DNA of 64,000 nt, taken from NCBI RefSeq assembly GCF_964213995.1, contig NC_135811.1:77438001-77502000 (forward strand), read 5' to 3'. Of this stretch, positions 50,642 through 63,145 are shown piece by piece. The position numbers and the translations under genes were made by a program. Source of the stretch: Mustelus asterias. Lineage: Eukaryota. The number at the start of each line of letters is the position of its first letter. Within the stretch, counting starts at the first letter, position 1. A model generated the notes under the pieces. That model was given only the letters and a program-made list of their open reading frames with translations. It searched no databases and was not told the DNA's origin.

Positions 50642-52722
50642 GGGGGCTATTCTCCCAACCCATTACCCTGCTTTTGTAGCGCAGCAGGCCAGGAGACTCT
50701 AGGAAGAACATTTAGTGGCCTCTGCGCATCTCCGGCAGTCAGATTTCCAGCGCCGACAGCTCCACACCGATTTCTGGTGTGGAGCTGCGTAATTTATTCA
50801 AATGACCTTTTTAATCCTATTTAAATATAATTAATGGGCCTGCGACTGAAGTCTTCGGGCCTGCTAGCCTCTTCCCCCCTCCATCAGGAGTGTTTCACTC
50901 CAGCAGGGTTTAGTATAGTTCCCCGTATGCAGAGAGCAGGTGGCCCAACCCTGCTGTGAAGTCGCATGGGATCAGAGGTGAGCTGGCAAGGTGGATACAG
51001 AACTGGCTCTGTCATAGAAGACGGAGGGTAGCAGTGGAAGGGTGTGATTCTGAATTGAGGGCTGTGACAAGTGGCGTTCCTCAGGGATCAGTGCTGGGAT
51101 TTTTGCTGTTTGTAATATATATAAATGATTTGGAGGAAAATGTAACTGGTTTGATTAGTAAGTTTGTGGACAACACAAAGGTTGATGGATTTTCAGATAA
51201 CAATGAGGACCATCAGAGGATACAGCAGGATATAGATTGGTTGGAGACTTTGCTGGAGAAATGGCAGATGGAATTTAATCTGGACAAACGTGGGGTAATG
51301 CATTTTGGAAGGTCTAATACAGATAGGAAATATACAGTAAAGGGCCGAACCTTTAAGAGTATTGATAGGCAGAGGGATCTGGGTGTGCAGGTACACAGGT
51401 CACTGAAAGTGGCAACGCAGGTGGAGAAGGTAGTCAAGAAGGCATACGGCATGCTTGCCTTCATCGGCCGGGGCATTGAATTTAAAAATTGGCAAGCCAT
51501 ATTGCAGCTTTATAGAACCTTAGTTAGGCCGCACTTGGAATATAGTGTTCAATTCTGGGCACCACACTACCAGAAGGATGTGGAGGCTTTGGAGAGGGTA
51601 CAGAAAAGGTTTACCGGGATGTTGCCTGGCACGGAGGGCATTAGCTATGAGGGGAGGTTGGAGAAACTTGGTTTGTTCTCACAGGAATGACGGAGGTTGA
51701 AGGGCGACCTGATAAAAGTCTACAAGATTTTGAGGGGCATGGACAGAGTGGATAGTCAGAAGCTTTTTCCCAGGGTGGAAGAGTCAGTTACTAGGCGTCA
51801 TAGGTTTAAGATGTGAGGGACAAGGTTTAGAGGAGATGTACGAGGCAAGTTTTTTACACAGAGGGTGGTGGTTTCCAGGAACTCGCTGCTGGGGGAGGTT
51901 GTGGAAGCAGATACGATCGTGATTTTTAAGGGGCATCTTGACAAACACATGGATACGATGGGAATGGAGGGATATGGCCCCTGGAAGGGTAGAGGGTTTT
52001 GGTTCAGTCGGGCAGCATGGTCAGTGCAGGCTTGGAGGGCTGAAGGGCCTGTTCTTGTGCTGTAATTTTCTTTGTTCTTTGTTCTTTGATCCCATTGGAG
52101 TAAAGGGGGAGCAATCAAGGCCCCCAGAGGGTAAGGTGTGAGGGGGTGCCGTCTGGGCATTGCCACCTTGGCAGTGCCAGCCTGGGCCCCCGATACTGCC
52201 CAAGTGGCAAAGTTCCAATGCCCAGGGGCCTGGGGCAGTGCCAAGCGGGTGGGGCCTAATGGAGGCAGAGTATCGGGGGATCAGGAGATTGGGGCTGCGG
52301 CAGGGGAGAACATTGAGGCGGCCGAGTATGGGGAGGGGGTGGTCGAGGCTGGCCTGGGTATGTTCGGGGAGCCAGCGATTGGGCTGAACGGGGGTCACAT
52401 GGCCGGTGACATGGGGGTTGTGGAGCTGGCCAGCGGTCGAGCTGACCAGCGATTGGGAAGCTGGCAGCGTGGGGCCACTGCACATGTGCCAATCTCGGCG
52501 CTGACAGTGCATGCACAGTGGCCCGTTCAACGCTATGCTGCTGGCCTCTCCAATGGGAATAGGCCCCACCCACAGCTTTTTGGAGTGATTCATGCTAGTG
52601 CACTCTGCAGTGCAGTGTGTGAGAGATTCATTTTGAAACCCCCACTGAAAAAAACAGCATGATTTACTCCAGTTTTTATGTGAATTTGACATATGGAATT
52701 TTTTGGGGAGAATCGTCCTCCC
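50642..52722. mobile_element. GC-rich PIF/Harbinger-like non-autonomous DNA element with nested CR1
   Basis: Termini GGGGGCTATTCTCCC ... GGGAGAATCGTCCTCCC; 3-bp TSD CAT (50639-50641 and 52723-52725). Confidence 0.7.
50956..52090 (+). mobile_element. CR1-like LINE fragment (RT to 3' end)
   Basis: [41 protein letters not shown]; (TTCTTTG)n tail. Confidence 0.9.
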
Positions 52723-53146
52723 CATATTTTGCTGATTTTTGTTATGTTAGAAAGAGTCTGCTGTAAAAGCGCCCTGGTCCTAAGGCAGATGACTTTCCAG
52801 GTGCAGTCACTGTAATCCTAAAAAAAAGGGAAATTGATTAGCGGGTGAATAGATTTAAAGGGGGTGAAATGTAATGTCAGTAATCGCAGGTCACTGAATG
52901 AAATACCAATTGGCCCACCTTCTCTTTGAGGAACATCTCCAAATCTCTGAAATATTTGTGAAGGGTGGCATTGGCCCTCATAAACCATGAGTCAGGATGC
53001 CCAGCACAGAGCTGCAGCTGCCTGAAGTGCCCCTCCAAGACCAGCTGGATATTCAACACCTTGTCCTGGACCCATGTGACTGAGCCCAGTTCATGCTGTA
53101 GATCTTACTGATCTGGCTCAGGGTTTGATGGATGAGCTCCAACATC
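52723..53146 (-). pseudogene. Diverged type I interferon pseudogene (exons 3 and 4), inverted relative to the array
   Basis: Exon 3 53146-52919: MLELIHQTLSQISKIYSMN/(1-nt deletion)LGSVTWVQDKVLNIQLVLEGHFRQLQLCAG...NATLHKYFRDLEMFLKEK|GTGGGC. 101-nt homologous intron. Exon 4 from 52817: DYSDCTWKVICLRTRALLQQTLSNITKISKI. Confidence 0.9.
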
Positions 53147-53407
53147 CTGTGCAAAGTAGACAGGAGGACATTAAAAGGCAGTAATATTCCCAAACAACCG
53201 GCGTGGGATGGAGCTAATCTCACAGCTGGTCGCTGCAACTCAGTGTCTCATTTTTAATGTCATCTATAGACAGTGGTGTACATGGTAAAGCCATGTCTTT
53301 CAAAGCACACCCTAAATAGTGATTGCTACTAATAGCTAACTGCTTCCACCCACACTCCACTGTTGTATTAACTTTTATCTCCAGGCAAGTAGACATATCA
53401 CTCAAAA

Positions 53408-53730
53408 AGCACGGTGGCACAGTGTTTGGCACTGCTGCCTCACAGGGACCTGGGTTTGATTCCAGCCTTGGGTGACTGTCTGTGTGGAGTTTGCACGTTT
53501 TCCCCATGTAAGTGTGGTTTTCCTCCAGGTGCTCTGCTTTCCTCCTACAGTCCAAAGTGTGCAGGTTAGGTGGATTGGCCATGCTAAATTGCTCTTTTGT
53601 GTCCCAGGATGTGTAGGTTAGGGGGATTTGTGGGGTAAATGTGAGGTTACAAGGATAGGGCTCTGAATCGGTGCTGACTCAATGGACCAAATGGCCTCCT
53701 TCTGCACTGTAGGGGTTCTATGATTCTATG
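53408..53730 (+). mobile_element. HE1/V-SINE
   Basis: Full head, V-domain and (TTCTATGA) tail. Confidence 0.8.
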
Positions 53731-54149
53731 ACGCTATGTCCTCCCAACAGCTTGGTAAAATTATTTACATTTGACAAAATCACCAAACAAATACTAGTAG
53801 AGTGAATGCTGCACCCCTATGATTAACATAAGGTTTGGCAAATTAAAGGCCGACATTTTTCTGCTTTTTCATTTTATAGTTTTTTCCCATCTTCTTGCGA
53901 AACTCGCAAGATTTATGCAGTACTTTTCCTCTCTTCAATAAATGTACCTTGCAATGCAGAACATCAGGACCATTCATGAGCACCAGCAATTATTCTGAGT
54001 TTAGGCTGGGGTAGGATTCAATCTCAGATCTCAGAAGGAGCGATGCACTATTGAGACACCAAAATTCCTGTGTTCCAGATAGGTGGATTACTGCTGTAAA
54101 AAGTGGTAAGAAGAGGAACACCTCTGATCCAGTGCCTTGACCAAATTTT

Positions 54150-54435
54150 TCAGTTAAAGTTTATTTATTAGTCACGATTAAGGCTTACATTAACACTGCA
54201 GTAAAGTTACTGTGAAATTCCCCTAGTCATCACATTCCAGTGCTTGTTCAGGTCAATGCATCTAACCAGCACGTCTTTCAGACTGTGGGAGGAAACCGGA
54301 GCACCCGGAGGAAACCCACGCAGACACAGGGGGAACGTGCAAACTCCGCACAGACAGTGACCCAAGGCGGGAATTGAACCCGGGTCCCTAGCGCTGTAAG
54401 GCAGCAGTACCAACCACTGTGTCACCATGCTGCCA
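54150..54435 (-). mobile_element. V-SINE (alternative tail)
   Basis: Reverse-complement head and V-domain; ACTAATAAATAAAC tail. Confidence 0.8.
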
Positions 54436-54514
54436 TTACACTTGCAAAAAACCTCAACGTAAGTATTTAGCTCAGTATGTATTTTTATTCAGTGCCTGAC
54501 AAATTGATCATTGA

Positions 54515-54855
54515 AATCATAGAAAACCTACAGTGCAGAAGGAGGCCATTCAGCCTATCGAGTCTTCACTGACAACAATCCCATCTTGGCCCTAACCCTG
54601 TAACCCCACATATTTACACCGCCAATCTCTCTAACCTACACATCCTGGGACACTAAGGGGCAATTTAGCAAGGCCAATGCACCTAACCCGCGCATCTTTG
54701 GACCGTGGGAGAAAGCCAGAGCACCTGGAGGAAACCCACGTAGACACGGGGAGAAAGTGCAAACTCCACACAGACAGTGACCCAAGGCCGGAATTGAACC
54801 CAGGTCTCTGGAGCTGTGAGGCAGCAGTGCTAACCACTGTGCCACCATGCCGCCC
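54515..54855 (-). mobile_element. HE1/V-SINE
   Basis: Reverse-complement full-length copy. Confidence 0.8.
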
Positions 54856-55982
54856 TCAGTTTTTAAATGAGTAAACGACAGCACAGCAGAGCACATTTAA
54901 CCAGTTAGCCTTTAGTATTTTAACAAGTCACATTTCCCTTGTGTTTTCTATAGGCCAAGGACAAGATGCTGATCATCCATCAATGATTGGATCAAATCAT
55001 CAGTTCTTTACTGTTTGCCTTGGGACTATGTCAGATTCTACAATGAGCAAATTGAGGAACTCTTCATGAATCTGAGGGAAACTTTAGAACTGGAGATTCA
55101 TATTTGATTGTTTTATCCATTGTGAAGGATGTCAATAACTCCAATTTATCAATTGTCTGAGAGTCAGAATGACTCCAGTTTTGACATGTGGGCACTGTGG
55201 GTGTATTTGTAAAAATTTCCTCTCCTGGGTATTTCCAATTGGAAAATATTGGGCCATAATTTGCTGTCAAAATTATATTGAGACTGACAGCACTCATTGT
55301 TACTTCTGTGCAAAAAGAGCATCGACTTCAGACTTAGGGAGGTGTAAGTCAAAAACACAGAAAGCCAAAGGTTATTGTGAATGTGATGTTTCATTGTTTG
55401 CCTTACAATGGAAATAAATTAAATGATGAACAGTTGATATATTTTGATGATAGATACAAACTAAACGGACTTTGAAAAATTAAGCCCTGCCCGTTTTAAT
55501 CTAAGAACCATTTTAATAACATAACTATTAATTACTTCCAGACAACCTCTCTGACACTGGGAATTTACTATTAAAAATGTGCGTCTAATTCATTCTGATC
55601 AGTTAGGATTGTAACTGCAAGGATGTATATCTGTTTAAATGGCAGTAACATACAGATTATTACTGTGCTACAGGGTGTAAAAAAATCAGAATTAATGCTT
55701 GGGCATTTGATGGTCTGATAATCAATTATTGAGCTCAGAAGCCATCATGTGCTGCAAATTTCCCACCTAAAACCTGCACATCTTGTAGTGGGTGATGTGG
55801 TTAAGTTTATATTTACTGTCAATAATCATTTAAGTGCTAGGGCAGGGGGAGCAAAGGAAATCTAGGATGGAGTAGTTTTTTTTGCAAAAATGTACTTAAT
55901 TCGTAGAATATCTGAAAGAACATTACAAACATTTCAAAATTACCATCACACAAAGCACAATAATATTCAGGTTTTCTTCAAG

Positions 55983-56315
55983 GGCAGCACGGTGGCACAG
56001 TGGTTAGCACTGCTGCCTCACAGCGCCAGTGACCTGGGTTCAATTCCCGGATTGGGTCACTGTCGAGGTGGAGTTTGCACATTCTCCCTGTTTCTGCGTG
56101 GGTTTCCTCCAGGTGCTCCGGTTTCCTCCCACGGTCCAAAGATGTGCAGGTTAGGTTGATTGGCCGTGCTGAATTGCCCCTTAGTGTCCCAGGATGTGTA
56201 GGTTAGAGGGATTAGCAAGGTAAATATGTGGGGTTGTGGGATAGGGCATGGGTGGGATTGTTGTCAGTACAGACTCAATGGGCCGAATGGCCTCCTTCTG
56301 CACTATATGGATTAT
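55983..56315 (+). mobile_element. HE1/V-SINE
   Basis: GGCAGCACGGTGGCACAGTGGTTAGCACTGCTGCCTCACAGCGCCAG head, full length. Confidence 0.85.
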
Positions 56316-57384
56316 GTGGATCGGTCATGTTGCACTCTGAGGTGCTTCCATACAGTTGTGATACATGTAATATTCACTGTATACTTTCAATGTATTCGAT
56401 GCATTTAATCTAGAATGGGGTGCTGAGTTGTTGCTAGGCCCCAGATTCAGCATTATTTGAGGGAAGTTGGCAGGGACCAACCAGCCAATGCATCTTAAAA
56501 CAAACTCCATCGCCTGTTGCATTATTGTAACATTTTTCCTCCACCAGCCATTTTAAGCAAAATTTGCGATTTTATGTTGAATTAGGGAAACTTTTTGCCG
56601 GGAAGCCCATAAAACTTCAAGTGATCCCCTACATGTAATCACATCAATGGTTTGCACTGTCTCCCTTATCAAGTGAGCTATCTGCATAGGAGGTTTCTCA
56701 TTTGCTGACCACAGACAATGAGAAATCCCACTCTCCACGTTCAGTTAAAATGAAACTGAAAGGGATACTGAGTCTGAAAGCAACTGTGAATGTAGCAGGC
56801 AACAGGAGAACAATTTGTGTAGAGATCAGAGGCTGGCCTTACTGCAACAGAGAGCGAATTAAAAAAAGAGGAAACATGTTTGTCACAGAAAATGTGTTGG
56901 AGCTGCAGCGACGCGGTACGGTGCCTGCCAAGCTCCAATCCAATGTTTCCTCCCATGGTTTTTCCAGTGATTGCGGTCTGGAAAATAGTCTAACCAATAG
57001 TTTGTTAAAGTGATGTGCTGCTTGCTGATTACTACATCAACGATAACACAGGCCTCAGCAGTTTGTGGATGTTTTTTTTGCAAACCCGTGTTATATTTTC
57101 CGGAGATTTTTAGATGATGGAAGTGCTACTTTTTCAAATACTACTACCAGTGAAGCCTAGAATATATTAGATTTAGCCCTTCTTTGGGGTTAGCTAACCT
57201 GGCATAATATTCTGGGTGCCCTGCATTTTAGTAGGTTTGAAATCAGCAAGGCTCCCCATTTCTGATCATTATTCCATTCTGACTGCTGATAATGGTGTAC
57301 CTTCCTATTTTAGGGTCAGGCCACAACTGGTAATACCCCAAATTCTAGGCCATCTGATTAATGGCCATTTTGAGGAAGTAGTGG

Positions 57385-57712
57385 AGGATGGCACAGTGGT
57401 TAGCACTGCCGCCTCGCAGCACCAGGGACCCAGGTTCAATTCTGATGTTGGGTGACTGTGTGGAATTTGCACATCCTCCCTGTGTCTGTGTGGGTTTCCT
57501 CCCACAGTCCAAAGATGTGCAGGTTAGGTTGATTGGCCATTCTAAATTGTCTCTTAGTGCCCAAAGATATGTAGGATAGGGAAATTAGCAGGGTAAATAT
57601 GTGGGGTTGCATGGATAGGGTCTGGGGGGTATGCTTCGTCAGAGAGTTGGTGCAAACTCAATGGACCAAATGGCCTGCTTCTGCACTGTAAGGCTTCTAT
57701 GATTTCTATGAT
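57385..57712 (+). mobile_element. HE1/V-SINE
   Basis: Same consensus. Confidence 0.75.
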
Positions 57713-58124
57713 ATTGGCATCTGTAAAGCTGTATCAACCGGTATTATTAGAGGAGCTAAGAATGACCCATTAGGTGTGAGTTTATCAATCCCCTGTGTTT
57801 ACTATCTGATTCATGTTCATGATTCAGCTTGTTCTTATCAAATAAACAAACTCAGCCCAAATACTGGGGAAAGCTCCTTCCCTGAACTGCTCAGAGACAT
57901 GAAAAAAATATCAGTAATATCATTAAGTATGTCTTTTCCAAAGTATCAAAGATAGAAAGTGCAATTTTCAGTATCCAGAGTTTATCAAGCTACATTATCC
58001 TCAAGTTGATCTAGAGTTTGCTTATTGAGAAACATTTATTAAAGCTCACTGTTTCATTCAGTGTTTCATCGATTGAGCAACAGCAACTTAAAAGAGCTGA
58101 GTAAATAAGAACACATAGATTTGG

Positions 58125-58422
58125 GGTGGCATGGTGGCACAGTGGTTAGCAGTGCTACTTCACAATGCCAGGGACCCAGGTTCGTTTCCCGGCTCAGGTC
58201 ACTGTCTGTGCCAGGTTTGCACATTGTCCCCGTCTCTCCATGGGTTTCCTCTGCGCGCTCCGGTTTCCTCCCACAGTGCAAAAGACATGCTGGTTAGGTG
58301 CATTGGCCATGCAAAATTCTCCCTCAGTGTATCCAAACAGGTGCAGGAGTGTGGTGACTAGGGGATTTTCACAGTAACTTCATTGCAGTGTTAATGTAAA
58401 CCTACTTGTGACACCAATAAGT
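58125..58422 (+). mobile_element. V-SINE (alternative tail)
   Basis: Same consensus as 54150-54435. Confidence 0.75.
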
Positions 58423-58479
58423 AAATTTGAAAAACTTTAAGCTTCGGCCTAACCTCAGTCTTTGTGCAGTGGAAATATA

Positions 58480-59594
58480 GGCCGCGATTCTCCCATTGCA
58501 ACACCCAACTTTTCTGGCAGGTGGCGGTGAGAGATGCACGTCGCCATCCTTGTACCGGGATTTGCACGTGCGCCGGGAACGCATGCGCATCTCCCAGAGC
58601 CGGCGAACAGTTGTTGCCGGTCAGACCACGCTGGAAACCAGCAGGAAAGCAGGTAAGTCATCTGAATCTTTTCTAAATGTATTTTAAATATGTTTGAAAC
58701 GTGATTATCGGGAACTTTCAGGTCCAGATTGAATCTCCCACCCTGCCAGGGTACTTCATTCTGGCGGGGTTTACAGTAGCTCCCCACGTTCGGGAACTAG
58801 CGGGAGACCCTGCCGGAGTGAAGGGGGGGCAATCGGGGCCCTGCAGGGGTTTGGGCGGTAGGGGGATGGTGCCCCCTGGGCATGGGCTCCCTGGCAGTGC
58901 CAGCCTGTGTTCCCTGGCTTTGCCCAAGGGGCAAAGTGTCCATACCCAGGGGGCACCTTGGCACTGCCCATCAGGCATCGGGCAGTGCCAAGGGGACGGG
59001 TCCTACTGCAGGTGGGGCCTAGGGGCGATCGGTGGGGATGGGGGGGGTCCCGCTGTCACTCTGCAGACAGGAACAGTCTGGGCTGGAGGGAGGGCAGGGA
59101 TTGGGGCAGGCTGGGAGGCGGGTGGTCTGCCTGGGGGGTCCTACCTCTGGGTGAGGGGTGGGGGTCTGACCCCAAGGGGGAGATCAGCAGTGGGAGTCTG
59201 CCGGGGTGAGGGGTGTGGGGGGATTGCCACTGCTGGGGTAGGTGGGCTGTACATTGGGGCGCTCCGGGATGGGGGGTCAGGGCTGGCCCAGGAATTGTTG
59301 TGGGGGCCGTGATCGGACTGTGGGGGGGCTGAAGGAGCAGCACTGTGGGGGTCCCGGGCTGGCCAACAAATGGGAGTTTGACAGTTTGGGGCCACTGCAC
59401 ATGCGCAGAGCTCCAGAACTGTCAGAGTCCGGCATGAATAGGTCCCGCCCCCCTGGGCTTTTAATGAGATTCACGACTGGGACCTCTGCAGTGCACAGAG
59501 TGAGGGAGATTCGAGTGAGAAGCTGAACTGAAAAAACAGTGGGGATCTAGAACAGTTTTCCACCCAATTCAGTGCTTTTGGGAGAATCACGGCC
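58480..59594. mobile_element. GC-rich Harbinger-like MITE, about 1.1 kb
   Basis: 15-bp TIRs GGCCGCGATTCTCCC / GGGAGAATCACGGCC (1 mismatch); interior related to 50642-52722. Confidence 0.75.
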
Positions 59595-59726
59595 ATTACT
59601 TCCAAACCCCCGTGTCACCTGACCTCAAGATGGAACGTTCAACATTCCAGTCACCTTTTCCACTTATGCTTTGTAATCTCTCCATCCGTGGTGTGGGCAT
59701 CACTGGCTAGGCTCAGCATTTATTGG

Positions 59727-60048
59727 GCAGCACCTTGGCACAGTGGTTAGCACTGAAGCCTCACAGCACCAGGGGCCTAGATTCCTGTCTGTGTGGAGTT
59801 TGCAAATTCTCCCTGTGTCTGCGTCGGTTACCTCCGGGTGCTCCGGTTTCCTCCCACTGTCGAAGTATGTGCGGGTTAGGTTGATTGGTCATGTTAAATT
59901 GACGCTTCGTATCAGGGGGATTAGTCGGATAAATATGTGTGGTAACGGGGATTGGGCCTGGGTGGGATTGCTGTTGGTGCAGGCTTGACGGTCTGAATAG
60001 CCTCCTTCTGTACTGTAGTGATTCTATGATTCTATTCTATGATTCTAT
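59727..60048 (+). mobile_element. HE1/V-SINE
   Basis: Same consensus, (TTCTATGA)n tail. Confidence 0.75.
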
Positions 60049-60469
60049 ATACCTAAGCATAGTTGAAGAAATGAAATTCATGGAATCATAAAATATTACA
60101 ACACAGAAGGCCTTTCTGCCCCTATTGCTCTTTGAAAGAGCTATCCATTTAATCCCACTCTACTGCTTTTCAATATAGCCCTTAACTTTTCCTTAACTAG
60201 GAAGCCTCCAGTTCCCTTTTGAACGTTACTACTGAATCAGCTATACCATTCTTTCTGGCAGTGAGTTCCAAGTTATAACAACCTGATGCATTAAAAGATC
60301 CTTACCTTCTCATGGTATTTCTTCTCTTGTTGAATAATTTATTTTCCTCTATTTAAACTCAACTTATTTATATCTTAGTGAATGTAAATGTTCTCTATCT
60401 AAGCAATTATTTCTATCGATCTCATTTCTACTTTTGCTTTTTTCTGGAGCCCCTTATACATTTGAAATC

Positions 60470-61046
60470 AAGGGTGCAATCTTACCACCCGTTTGACGCC
60501 ATGCTTCTGCTGCAGCGAGGTCAGAGAACTTGGCACCCAGCCAACTCTCTGTTCACTGCAGCAGGATGGGAAAATCCCGTCGGCATGAACGGTGATAAGA
60601 TTTTGGCACTGATCTCCCACCTAGTTTTATTTTAGGCTTAGGCTATTATCGCGCCTATGACCAACATGATCATTATCAGATCATGCACTCACCATCCTGA
60701 CTTGAAAATATATCATCTTCCTTCATTGTCGCTGGGTCAAAATCCTGGAACTCCCTCCCTAACAGCACTGAGGGTTTATGTACACCACATGAACTACAAC
60801 GGCTCAAGAAGGCAGCTCATCATTGCTTCTCAAGGGCAGTTAGGAATGGGCAATAAATGTTGTCCTAGCCAGCGATGCCCACAAACCATAAATGAATAAA
60901 AAATTCATAGGGCGATATCTTACCGGCCGTTCAAACCCCGCTCCCGCTGTAGCGAGGTTGGAGAATTTGGCAACCAGCCAAATCTCTATTCACTGCAGTG
61001 GGATGGGAAAATCCCACCAGTGTGAATGGACTTAACGTTCCGGACA
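60470..61046. mobile_element. Two short related MITEs (about 60471-60610 and 60910-61046) flanking an L2-like 3' end
   Basis: Both start GGG....ATCTTACC and share GCGAGGT.GAGAA.TTGGCA.CCAGCCAA.TCTC..TTCACTGCAG; 60690-60900 ends GAATAAAAA. Confidence 0.55.
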
Positions 61047-61379
61047 TAGCCTTTCACTTGAAATATTAACTCTTACAATGGATAATATTTTATCACAGTT
61101 ACAGGAGCTTCTACAACATAATAAACATACAATTTCAGTAATTTCAGCAGGTAATAGTTAATGCACAAAGTTATTACACTAGTGAGGAGAATTCTGAGCC
61201 ACCATGTGTGCCAACATTATAAAAATATTTCTAAAATCTTTCTCTGAAAAAAATGTAACCTTTAGACAGCACCAGGAAATCTGCTGTCCATAGCCAGTCT
61301 GGCCTAAATGTGACTCTAAACCGAGAGAATTGTGGTCGAACCTTAAGCAACCACTGAAATGGTCTATAAGCCACTTAAT

Positions 61380-61700
61380 GAGCAGTACAGTGGCACAGTG
61401 GTTAGCACTGCTGTTTCACGGCATCAAGGACCAAGGTTCAATTATGGCCTCAGGTGACACTCTGTGGAGTTTACACATACTCCCCGTGTCTGTGTGGGCT
61501 TCCTCCGGGTGTTCCAATTTTCTCTTATAATCCAAAGATGTGAAGGTTAGATTGATTGGCCATGCTAAATTGCCTCTTAGTGTCAGGGGGATTATCAGGG
61601 TGGGATTATGGGGATAGGGCCTGGGTGGGAATTGTTGTCGGTGCTGGTTCGATGGGCTGAATGGCCTCCTTCTGCACTGTGGGATTCTATTCTATGATTA
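61380..61700 (+). mobile_element. HE1/V-SINE
   Basis: Same consensus. Confidence 0.75.
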
Positions 61701-61998
61701 GTTGTATCTAACCACTGTGAAAATGTTGAATATGTATGAAACCAGATGGACCACCTGGCACTAATCTAGCCACTGAACACAACATGATTTCATATTCTCC
61801 CCCTGAGGAGTAAAGGATGGATTCACAAGTCGACTCACCTTCCATGCTTGTACATTACTTTCTCAGCCGTAACCATCTACATCTGAGTTGAAAGGCTGAT
61901 TTCAAATAATCCTGTACATTAGCAAGATTTCATGTAGTCCCACAGCCAATACACTGAGAAGCTGAGAATCTCAATTTTTGGGCACAAATATATGGCTG

Positions 61999-62322
61999 GG
62001 CAGCATGGTGGCACAATGGTTGGCACTGCTGCCTCACATCACCAGGGACCCGGTTTCAGTTCCAGTCTTGGGTGACTGTGTGGAGTTTCTGTGTTCTCCC
62101 TGTGTCTGCGTGGGTTTCCTCCCACTGTCCAAAGATGTACAGGTTGGGTGGATTGGCGATGCTTAATTGCCCCAAAGTGTCCCAAGATGTGTAGTATAGG
62201 GGGATTAGTGGAGTAAAAACGTGGGGTTATGAAGATAGGGCCTGGTTTGGATGATCTGTCAGAGAATCAATTCAGGTTCAAAGACAAAATAGCCTCCTTC
62301 TGCAATGTCGGGATTCTATGGG
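61999..62322 (+). mobile_element. HE1/V-SINE
   Basis: Same consensus. Confidence 0.75.
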
Positions 62323-63145
62323 ACAACCCAGAATTCAGAGCCAGAGGTTGTGTCTCCACCATAACTCTCAAGTGAATTTGAACTTTCCAACCTTTGAATC
62401 CAAGGCAGGATTACAAACTCTATCATTCCAAAATCTCATTTCAAGCATGGATGAGATTCTGTAGAACAGATTTCTGAAGATTCTCCATCTTTTAGATTTT
62501 AAAAAAAGTTATTTTTCAATTGAATGTGGACAAAGGCAGGGTATATTTGCTAATAATAAGTAAAACATTATCCATTTGCAGATGAATAAAGACAAATTGT
62601 ACTTGAATGTGATTAAATGACAATGATCAGAAACAGACCTCAGTTTTTCTCAGTGCAAGGTGAAAGATGAGCCCATGAAGAACGGAATGATCAAAAGAAA
62701 GACTGAAGTGAGTAACAATGGAATAGAGCGGAAGGGAGGATTACTTTGTGAATCTGTCTGGAAGTAGAAAATTTAGTCGGCTTAGATGGTTTGAATGCAA
62801 CATCAGGAGTGTAGAGAGAAGAAATAAACCACAATTTTCAACAATGTTTGGGAATAGGTATTGACGAATAGCCCATTCCACTTAATGCCTGCAGTTACCC
62901 CCTTCTCTTTCTGTTTAACCCCTCAAGTTTGACCCCTCGCTCAAGAGGGAGAATATAGAGTTGAATACCAGAAGACTAAACAAGCTGTCATGCCTAGGAA
63001 ACAGAAAATTGAGCCCATTGGGTTCAAAGGGATTTATGTGTTTTGCCTGGAGCGGGAATATCAAACATTGCAGAGAGGAAAATAGATTATTGAAGGAGTA
63101 TCAGTAACAGCGACAGGGAGAGCAATTCAGATCATTTAGAGTCAA

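Noticed and set aside
52021-52725. Long GC-rich ORFs here and at 58701-59526 and 63101-63908
   Set aside because: They lie inside GC-rich MITEs where stops are rare; overlapping frames on both strands, no domains.
55983-56060. tRNA-like sequences at SINE heads
   Set aside because: A/B-box heads continue into V-domain and LINE-like tails; they are SINEs, not tRNA genes.
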